Positions 57,053 to 64,000 of a DNA stretch of 64,000 nt are shown piece after piece; position 1 is the stretch's first letter, and the number at the start of each line of letters is the position of its first letter. The translations under genes and the position numbers were made by a program. The notes under the pieces are model-generated. The model saw only the letters and a list, made by a program, of their open reading frames with translations, did not search any database and was not told where the DNA came from. Source of the DNA: an uncultured archaeon (GTDB taxonomy: Archaea > Asgardarchaeota > Hermodarchaeia > Hermodarchaeales > Hermodarchaeaceae); contig CAYFXC010000004.1 of the NCBI GenBank assembly GCA_964347045.1, forward strand, positions 46,465 to 110,464. Direction: 5' to 3'.

Positions 57053-58912
57053 TTAGGCAGAAAATTCGGCAGTAAACCCTTTTGTTGATTTTCCCACTTG
57101 CTTTGCCAAGCGACCTTCATGGACTAGTAACCAGAGTTTGTTAATTTCTTGGTGAACGAGTACATCCTGAGTGAGCCGATCGCGTGGTACGCTATTAGCT
57201 TCAATCTTTCGGGGTACGATCTGTCGAACTAATTTGTGGGCTATTTTGGTTCCATTACCCATTTTAACTGGTTTACGCAGTTGGCGGATGTCTAAACCTT
57301 GACTGGCACAAAGCAATTCGATGGCAATGATGTTTTCTACATTGTTTAGGATTTCGCGTGAATGACGAGCGGCTATCGTTCCCATACTAACGTGGTCTTC
57401 TTGATTGGCAGAAGTTGGAATGGATCGAACACTCGCAGGGGTACAGAGTTTTTGACTCTCTGCTGCCAATGAGGCCGCGGTAATATGAGCAAGTCCAAGC
57501 CCATAATAGACGCCATAATTGGAAAGGGCAGGGTGAACAAGAAGAAGAGGTAATCCGTTGCTAAGTTTGTTATCGATTAATCTGGCAATTCGCCTTTCAG
57601 CAATACTTCCTACGCTAGTAATTGCGATGCTCAGACAATCCATTGCGACAGCAATTGGTTGACCGTGAAAGTTACCTCCGGACAGGAAGGTTTTGTCACT
57701 TGGGAAAATGAGCGGGTTGTCAGTGGCTGAGTTAATTTCGATACTTACTATTCGCCTAGCATACTCAATGACATCTCGAGCAGCTCCAATCACTTGGGGG
57801 GTACAACGAAGAGAATAGGCATCTTGAACTCTACGTGTGTTCTGAGCGACCTTTAAAGCAGCCTCGAAAGCATCAGCTGACACTCCAAGAGTCTCGAAAT
57901 GCTTTTGGATTTGCTCACGCTTGATTTTTAGAGACTTTGCCGATTTATGAGGCTCTACAAGAATTTGATAGTCAAGAGTAATAACAGATTGAATAACCTG
58001 ATGGAGAATCGATCGAATGGTATCATAATCAGAAACATGAGCGAAGGCATCATGAAAATCAGCCGCGGCCTTCTTTGCATATTGTGCACGTGTTTGAGAA
58101 GTTAAAACTTGTCCGCTATTGTTTAGTAATGCTGCTAGGTTTGCAGCACTATGTTGTTGTCCCGGATGTGGTCGAACTAGGTGAATACGCGGATCATATG
58201 CATCAAAAACCCCCTCAAGAGCTTCTATGGACATAGCGGCAGCGATTTCAGCAGAGGCAACCAAGTTTTTTGCATCTACCACCGCTAGTGCAGCAATGGC
58301 GGTCATAATCTGGGTTCCGTTGATCAAGGCGATTCCTTCTTTTTGTGCTAGCTCAATGGGTTTGAGACCTGCATGTCTGAGAGCTTCTGCGCCTGAGAAG
58401 ATTTCGCCACGGTATTCGGCATGTCCTTCTCCAATTAAAACAAGAACTAAATGGGCCAGTGGAGCTAAATCACCACTTGCCCCCACTGAACCTTTCTCAG
58501 GAATAATAGGATGGACCCCTTCGTTTAGCAACGCAATAAGTAAATCTAAGGTTTGAGGTTGTATTCCAGAATAACCTTTAGCGAGCGTATTTGCACGAAG
58601 TAATATCGCTGCCCTAACCACTTCCGTTGGTAGGGGATTACCAACGCCAGTTGCATGACTAATGATGAGGCTCCATTGTAATTCACTTGATTTCTCAGGA
58701 GGGATTATTATTTCGCTAAAAGGACCAAAGCCGGTTGTTACTCCATAAATCACTTCGCCAGATTCAACCCACTCTGAGACTAGACGAGCAGCTGTTTCAA
58801 CTCTCTTCTTTGCTTGAGATCCCAATTTCACGGGTTGGTTGTAACGAGCTACGTTAACTACTTCATCAATTGTTAGTGTATCTCCTGTCAGAACAATTTT
58901 TGAGCGGCTCAT
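57053..58912 (-). CDS. hutH: Histidine ammonia-lyase (MIO-dependent) carrying an internal insertion of about 84 aa
   Basis: GVTTGFG, MIO triad in GSVGASGDLAPLAH, NGTQ, VQDAYSLRC, GGNFHGQP, and SANQEDHVSMG. At 619 aa it is longer than the P. putida enzyme I aligned from memory; the excess maps between LLNNSGQVLTSQ and RRVQDAYSLRC. Confidence 0.9.
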   Translation of the reverse strand: MSRSKIVLTGDTLTIDEVVNVARYNQPVKLGSQAKKRVETAARLVSEWVESGEVIYGVTTGFGPFSEIIIPPEKSSELQWSLIISHATGVGNPLPTEVVRAAILLRANTLAKGYSGIQPQTLDLLIALLNEGVHPIIPEKGSVGASGDLAPLAHLVLVLIGEGHAEYRGEIFSGAEALRHAGLKPIELAQKEGIALINGTQIMTAIAALAVVDAKNLVASAEIAAAMSIEALEGVFDAYDPRIHLVRPHPGQQHSAANLAALLNNSGQVLTSQTRAQYAKKAAADFHDAFAHVSDYDTIRSILHQVIQSVITLDYQILVEPHKSAKSLKIKREQIQKHFETLGVSADAFEAALKVAQNTRRVQDAYSLRCTPQVIGAARDVIEYARRIVSIEINSATDNPLIFPSDKTFLSGGNFHGQPIAVAMDCLSIAITSVGSIAERRIARLIDNKLSNGLPLLLVHPALSNYGVYYGLGLAHITAASLAAESQKLCTPASVRSIPTSANQEDHVSMGTIAARHSREILNNVENIIAIELLCASQGLDIRQLRKPVKMGNGTKIAHKLVRQIVPRKIEANSVPRDRLTQDVLVHQEINKLWLLVHEGRLAKQVGKSTKGFTAEFSA

Positions 58913-58967
58913 ATTTTTTCACCAAGATTGAAAGCCCTTTATCGAAAATACAGGTTCTGTTTGTTAA

Positions 58968-60614
58968 TTATTCTTGCCGTATATAGGAGTGGGAAGCCCA
59001 AAGAAGTAGAATGAGTACAAGGCATATTGTATAGGGTGTGATAAGTAGCGAGCCGAACAGCATAAGTGTAACGCCACCAGGTAAGAATCCAAGTTGAAAA
59101 AGTAATACCGGAATAATCGCTACCCAAGAAATGAAGGGAAAGGTGATTACGAGAGCAAGAGGTTTTTCATTTTTTGCACGTGAGGCTACGGGATATCGGC
59201 TTCCTAATCCGACGCCAATGGCCGTTGCAATGAGAATTGCATGTGGGAGAATAGCAAGGGCAACAGGAAGTACGTGTAGACTCCCTAAGATTGCAGCGAA
59301 GTAAAGAGCAAAGGAAGTAGCCAAACAAAGCGGAGTTACGAGAAATTGAAGATACTTAATAAAGGTGAGACGAAAAGGTGCTACCGGTGCTAAGCGAAGT
59401 AGGTAAATTGTGTTGTATTCACCTTGAAAGGGATCAGAGGAAGATATCGCAAGGAGGGGAACTATCACCACAAGAATAATGGCATAAATCATCTCAGGGA
59501 AAGAGGTAAACTCGGGCGGAACTGGAATTGTGAATCCAAAGAGAGGAATCAGACTAACAAAGACTAACGAAAAGACAAAATTCCCAACAATTCCAATAAG
59601 ATAGAAGGTTTTTCCCTGTTTGCGTAAACCTGTTATGAAATCTTTCTTAAAGAGAGCTCGAATCGGAGTCTTAGCTGCTGAGAAGCTAATTGGAAGTTGA
59701 CTAAGAGCACCACGTGGCTTACCTTTACTTCGTGCAATATCTGCAATTTCTTCATAGAGGTCAACTGTAGTCTTATCTGTTAGCCATCGTGTGAGAAACA
59801 AAATAGCAGCTAGGGCTAGAATCAGGCCTAATATCACCCATGGGATTGCAGGATAATAGAGATATGTAAAACTACCTTCTGAGCCTGGTAAGGTTCCGCT
59901 GAAAAGAATGGATACCAACATATATGCAAGACAATAGATCGGCGAGGGAACGAGTCCACCGTTTACTAGCCAAACAGGGCTTAGAAGCAAAACAGTGCCA
60001 ATTGTCAAAGCAACGAAAAATATTATTTGATATATTCGGTGTTGATGACGTGGCTGAGAAACGAATTTTCGTAGCGAATAAAGTCCGTGTGTCGCAACCG
60101 AGCCGATTTCGGCGAGAAGGAACGTTATGAAAACAAAGAGAACAAACATTCCCAATGTTAAACCAAAATTCATTCCAAAATACCACAAGATTGGCTGAAA
60201 AGCCAGTATTATGTAGAAGAATAACATAAAACGACGTGGGATTGACCGGAGATACTTTGCAGTATAGAAAACATGTCCTTGCATTGGCACGGGAAATAAG
60301 TAATCTACATCAGCTTGTTCCGATAGAGATTCGAGCGGAACACTAAAGATAGCTTTAACAATTTGTTGCGCAATAATGAGGGATAGAATCGCATAGACAA
60401 TCCAAACCGTATTGGTGCCAATTAGCTCGCTGTTGATAATTAACCAATACAAGGAACCTCGAAGAGAAACAGGTAATAAAAATAAGAAGACCCAAAGCAG
60501 CCAGATAATGAGAACGATAATAGTTAGAGAGAGGATTTGTACCGAAATGAAAAAGGGTTGACGTAGCGATTTACGTAGATGGTTCCATGTTCGTCGATAT
60601 TCCCATCGAGTCAC
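58968..60614 (-). CDS. Large polytopic membrane protein, putative permease partner of the adjacent ABC ATPase
   Basis: 548 aa, more than 10 hydrophobic helices, 29 nt downstream of the ABC ATPase gene on the same strand. No sequence motif; the call rests on context. Confidence 0.5.
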   Translation of the reverse strand: MTRWEYRRTWNHLRKSLRQPFFISVQILSLTIIVLIIWLLWVFLFLLPVSLRGSLYWLIINSELIGTNTVWIVYAILSLIIAQQIVKAIFSVPLESLSEQADVDYLFPVPMQGHVFYTAKYLRSIPRRFMLFFYIILAFQPILWYFGMNFGLTLGMFVLFVFITFLLAEIGSVATHGLYSLRKFVSQPRHQHRIYQIIFFVALTIGTVLLLSPVWLVNGGLVPSPIYCLAYMLVSILFSGTLPGSEGSFTYLYYPAIPWVILGLILALAAILFLTRWLTDKTTVDLYEEIADIARSKGKPRGALSQLPISFSAAKTPIRALFKKDFITGLRKQGKTFYLIGIVGNFVFSLVFVSLIPLFGFTIPVPPEFTSFPEMIYAIILVVIVPLLAISSSDPFQGEYNTIYLLRLAPVAPFRLTFIKYLQFLVTPLCLATSFALYFAAILGSLHVLPVALAILPHAILIATAIGVGLGSRYPVASRAKNEKPLALVITFPFISWVAIIPVLLFQLGFLPGGVTLMLFGSLLITPYTICLVLILLLWASHSYIRQE

Positions 60615-60643
60615 TGTAGCGGTATCAACCGTTTGCAGAACCC

Positions 60644-61408
60644 TTATCTCCCCCGTAAAGTCCTAATATAATAGTCCTCTAAAGCTGCCCCGCCACCAAC
60701 TTCTCTGCGTAATTTATTAACGGTTCCCGAGGCGACCTTAACCCCTTCGGAGAGAATAGTAAATTCATCACTCACTTCTTCAGCCACACTAAGAATGTGT
60801 GTAGAAAGTAATACTGTACTTCCTTTTTGAGCTAGTTCGCGAATTACTTGTTTTAGGACATACCCTCCTTCTGGATCTAGACCATAGAGTGGTTCATCCA
60901 TCAATAAGACTTTGGGGTTTCTGATCAGCAATCCGCTCAAAAGAGTTCGTTGTAACATCCCACGAGAGAGTTCACCAAGATATTTCTTCAAGAATCCTCC
61001 TATTTCAAAGCGGTTGATATATTCCAATCGACGCTGTTTGAATTCTTCTTCTGGAATCCTGTATAGACTCCCTATAAAAGAGAGAAATTCATTGACAGTG
61101 AGAGATTCATAAGCTGCGGGAGTATCAGGAAGAAAACCAAGATTGGTTTTTGCTTGCCAAGATTCTCGAAGCATATCATAGCCCATGATGAAAATGCTTC
61201 CTCGCGTTGGACGACTGAGACCTGCAATTAGACGAAGTGTTGTGGTTTTACCAGCACCATTGGGACCAACAAGAGCATGGACCACACCTTGCCGAATTTT
61301 TAGATTTAACCTGTTGACGGCCAATACACCAGGCGGGAAAATTTTACTAAGACGAAAGGTTTCCAATGCGGGTTTTTGTTCATATGAAAGGTCGGTCTTA
61401 TTCGACAT
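60644..61408 (-). CDS. ABC transporter ATP-binding protein (ABC-2/exporter type)
   Basis: Walker A GPNGAGKTT, Q-loop, signature LSRGMLQR, Walker B VLLMDEPLYGLD, and H-loop STHIL. Confidence 0.9.
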   Translation of the reverse strand: MSNKTDLSYEQKPALETFRLSKIFPPGVLAVNRLNLKIRQGVVHALVGPNGAGKTTTLRLIAGLSRPTRGSIFIMGYDMLRESWQAKTNLGFLPDTPAAYESLTVNEFLSFIGSLYRIPEEEFKQRRLEYINRFEIGGFLKKYLGELSRGMLQRTLLSGLLIRNPKVLLMDEPLYGLDPEGGYVLKQVIRELAQKGSTVLLSTHILSVAEEVSDEFTILSEGVKVASGTVNKLRREVGGGAALEDYYIRTLRGR

Positions 61409-61454
61409 TCACATGACCTCATATTTTTATGCAAGTATTTTTCTAAATCTCAAG

Positions 61455-61910
61455 TTATGGCAAAATCCACTGAGCAGGAAGTGGAATAAAAACAATTACA
61501 ACGATAATAATCAACACCGCGCTGATAGTGAGTACAGCTCTGACAATTGGTGTTATGCTTTTGTAACCTGATTTGAGTGCAAGAGAGAATAATGCGGCTG
61601 CAATTAAGAATCCACCAAGTCCACGAAACACAATATAAATTGGAGCTAGTATCCAAGTAAGAGTAACTAAGAATGTTAAAAGAGCTAGGATAAATGTGGC
61701 AAGCGTTACGAAGAACAGCCCTACAATCAGGAACCGATGCTCAGAGAATGATTTGAGTTCACCAAATTCTTGAAGAGCATATTGTTTTTCAATAAGTGTA
61801 ATCAATTCGGCACGACTCATCGGTTCTGTAATCAAGACTCCTACCTTTTCTGCTTCTTTTTCAAGCCCCTTACGGTCCAATGTCAGTAACCTATCACGTA
61901 TATCTGTCAA
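61455..61910 (-). CDS. Membrane protein with N-terminal helix-extension-helix (Rho_N/SAP-like) motif and 3 TM helices
   Basis: LLTLDRKGLEKEAEKVGVLITEPMSRAELITLIEK resembles HeH/Rho_N motifs. It is followed by FLIVGLFFVTLATFILALLTFLV..., FLIAAALFSLAL, and LTISAVLIIIVVIVFI. Confidence 0.4.
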   Translation of the reverse strand: MTDIRDRLLTLDRKGLEKEAEKVGVLITEPMSRAELITLIEKQYALQEFGELKSFSEHRFLIVGLFFVTLATFILALLTFLVTLTWILAPIYIVFRGLGGFLIAAALFSLALKSGYKSITPIVRAVLTISAVLIIIVVIVFIPLPAQWILP

Positions 61911-62027
61911 ATTCCTACCTCCTCACCAAAGTAATTACATGAACAATTACCAATCAGCTTGAGAATAATAGCAATTTGCGTTCTAATATCCTATTATAGA
62001 TTTGTATCTTGGTAAAAATCTGTTGAA

Positions 62028-62318
62028 TTAAAAGTCGAATAAAATGTAATTTGGAATTTCATCAACTTCAGGTGAGTAACTCGGTTTGATTGGATGAGAT
62101 GTTGTCGTGGCGAGAAGATACAAACCGAAGAAAAAGAGAATAACAAAGATTCCAGAAGAGATGAAAAAGAAGATGGTTTTGAAAAAGTCTGAACCAAGAA
62201 TTGGGTACCACTCAGGCCAGAAAGGCGATGTCCAGCCAATTGCGAATATTATTACAGATATGGAAAGAAGAAGCGATGCAAGAATCCAACGACCGCGATT
62301 TGTTAATTTGAGTTCCAT
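62028..62318 (-). CDS. Small membrane protein, function unknown
   Basis: From ATG 62318 (MELKLTNRGRWILASLLLSISVIIF...) with two TM helices. The track ORF starts at a TTG (62396) overlapping the ATPase stop. Confidence 0.35.
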   Translation of the reverse strand: MELKLTNRGRWILASLLLSISVIIFAIGWTSPFWPEWYPILGSDFFKTIFFFISSGIFVILFFFGLYLLATTTSHPIKPSYSPEVDEIPNYILFDF

Positions 62319-62392
62319 TTTCAGTACCACAAAAACATTGAGAAATTTGATAATGCTGTCTGTTTTCCAATATTTTGCCTTAACTCTTTCTC

Positions 62393-64000
62393 TCAACTAC
62401 TAACGGTTGATTGCTCAGTTGAATGGCGAGCTCTGTATCGGATACCAAATTTAAAGATTTCAACAACGACAAAGACAGAGAGTGAGAGGAAAATGATAAG
62501 AAGCCAATCTTGAAGTAGAAGTGGGACAGTTCGAAAGACAACTTGGAGGGGTGGGAAATAGACGATAACTAGTTGGAGGAGAATTGAGATTCCGACTGCT
62601 AGTAAGAGATACTTGTTCTTGAAAAAGCCAACTTGAAAGACCGAAAGGTGTCCTGAACGTGAATTAAAGGCATGAACCATTTGTGTCATCACTAGAAGTG
62701 TTAATGCTAGTGTACCTGCACGATAAACAGCTTCACCAGGAGAAAGGCCAAGTCCTATTGTCAAGTTAATCATTGAAACTGAATAAATTCCAAGGGTCAC
62801 GAACGCTATTGTAATCCCCACAATCCAGATTAGAATCCAAACCTGTCTTGTTATGACTCCTTCGCGGGGATCTCTGGGTCCTCGTTTCATAACGTCTGGT
62901 TCCATTGGATCCATTCCGAGAGCAAGCGCGGGTAATCCATCAGTAACGAGATTGATGAAAAGGATCTGAATAGCCAAGAGTGGGAGTGGCCATCCGAATA
63001 AGATGGAAAGGGTGATACTTGCAACGAATATAACAAGAATTTCACCTGCATTACATGAGAGTAGGTAGGAGATGAATTTCCTTGTGTTATCCCCAATCCC
63101 GCGTCCTTCCTCAATGGCATTTACAATTGATGCGTAATTATCATCAGTTAGAATCATATCAGAAGCTTCTTTGGCAACATCTGTACCTGTGACACCCATT
63201 GCAATTCCAATGTCAGCGTATTTGAGGGCGGGGGCATCGTTAACGCCATCACCGGTCATGGCTGTAACATGTCCTTGAGTTTTTAATGCTTGCACAATGC
63301 GTAGTTTATGTTCCGGTGATACTCGTGCATAGACACGAACTTGTGGGGCTGCATCCTTAAGATCCTCATCTGAAAGGGCGTCAAGAGCAATTCCAGTTAA
63401 CACAGCATCATCTTCTTCAAACATACCAAGTTCATTAGCCACCGCAACGGCTGTATATTGATTGTCCCCAGTAATCATAACGGACTTGATACCAGCCCCA
63501 CGGGCGATTTTAATTGAGTCGTAGACTTCTGGGCGAGGTGGATCCATCATTCCGACTAAACCGACAAACACCAAGTTGTTTTCCACCCCTTCTGGAGATA
63601 TATCACAGAGATCTTCGGGGCAAATTCGATATGCCATACCAAGAACACGTAATGCTTTATTTGCCATTTTATCATTATTGCTGAGGATTTCAGCGCGTTG
63701 GTCCTTAGAAAGAGGTTGAATGCCCCTTCTTGTGAAGATATGAGTACTTTCCGCGAGAACAACTTCAGGAGCACCTTTAATATAGGCAATGGTTTCGTTT
63801 TCAGGAGTATCATGAAGTGTGGACATCCTTTTGCGGTCTGGGTCAAATGGGAGTTCAGCTATGCGAGGATACTCTTTGAAGAGTTCGTCGGTGTAGCCGG
63901 CTTTCATCGCAGCAACGACCAAGGCACCCTCTGTAGGATCACCAATTACTTCCCAAACACCATTGTGTTGTCGAACCGTTGCATTACTACAGAGTTTACC
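62393..64000 (-). CDS. P-type cation-transporting ATPase (type II, Ca2+-ATPase-like); 5' end outside the window
   Basis: The reading frame is open to the window edge (GKLCSNATVRQHNGVWEVIGDPTEGALVVAAMKAG...). Motifs PFDPDRKRMS, KGAPE, MITGDN, TGDGVNDAPALK, and C-terminal TM helices. The DKTGT phosphorylation site would lie upstream, off-window. Confidence 0.88.
   Translation of the reverse strand, partial: GKLCSNATVRQHNGVWEVIGDPTEGALVVAAMKAGYTDELFKEYPRIAELPFDPDRKRMSTLHDTPENETIAYIKGAPEVVLAESTHIFTRRGIQPLSKDQRAEILSNNDKMANKALRVLGMAYRICPEDLCDISPEGVENNLVFVGLVGMMDPPRPEVYDSIKIARGAGIKSVMITGDNQYTAVAVANELGMFEEDDAVLTGIALDALSDEDLKDAAPQVRVYARVSPEHKLRIVQALKTQGHVTAMTGDGVNDAPALKYADIGIAMGVTGTDVAKEASDMILTDDNYASIVNAIEEGRGIGDNTRKFISYLLSCNAGEILVIFVASITLSILFGWPLPLLAIQILFINLVTDGLPALALGMDPMEPDVMKRGPRDPREGVITRQVWILIWIVGITIAFVTLGIYSVSMINLTIGLGLSPGEAVYRAGTLALTLLVMTQMVHAFNSRSGHLSVFQVGFFKNKYLLLAVGISILLQLVIVYFPPLQVVFRTVPLLLQDWLLIIFLSLSVFVVVEIFKFGIRYRARHSTEQSTVSS

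Noticed and set aside
61185-61571. 128-aa plus ORF overlapping the ABC ATPase gene start
   Set aside because: It is antisense to a gene with complete Walker A/B and signature motifs.

Overview
Dense archaeal chromosomal segment: about 60 protein genes, one tRNA, one decayed gene. I saw no rRNA, CRISPR array, transposase or integrase by eye. Archaeal hallmarks are two tandem TFB genes, GatD/GatE, archaeal/eukaryal-type GlyRS, sn-glycerol-1-phosphate dehydrogenase, archaeal TIM and a RIO kinase. Several eukaryote-signature genes sit among them: a ribosomal protein L22e homologue, a small GTPase next to a Roadblock/LC7 gene, and a phospholipase-B-like (lysosomal PLBD-type) Ntn hydrolase. By inference this points to an Asgard-type archaeon; a phylogenetic or database search is needed to confirm. 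The rest is core and energy metabolism. On the minus strand, NfnA-like and NfnB-like genes bracket a tungsten-type aldehyde:ferredoxin oxidoreductase plus a kinase/class II aldolase/dehydrogenase/SCP2 module. Further along are SdhA/SdhB with a class II fumarase, pyrophosphatase, a RuBisCO-like protein lacking several catalytic residues, and a histidine-utilisation cluster (hutU, formimidoyltransferase, hutI, hutH) whose HutH carries an insertion of about 84 residues. The window also holds an ABC exporter pair and partial cation transporters at both edges (MgtE-like at the left, P-type ATPase at the right). The items most worth follow-up are the GTPase-thioredoxin-Roadblock locus with the adjacent L22e, the RuBisCO-like protein, the PLBD-like hydrolase, the HutH insertion, the split Nfn/AOR cluster, a tRNA-Arg with C at position 33, tandem TFB paralogues sharing an upstream 12-mer, and a frameshifted ADP-forming acyl-CoA synthetase remnant. 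All functional calls rest on motif recognition in the supplied translations and my own translation of unlisted frames. No database search was run.
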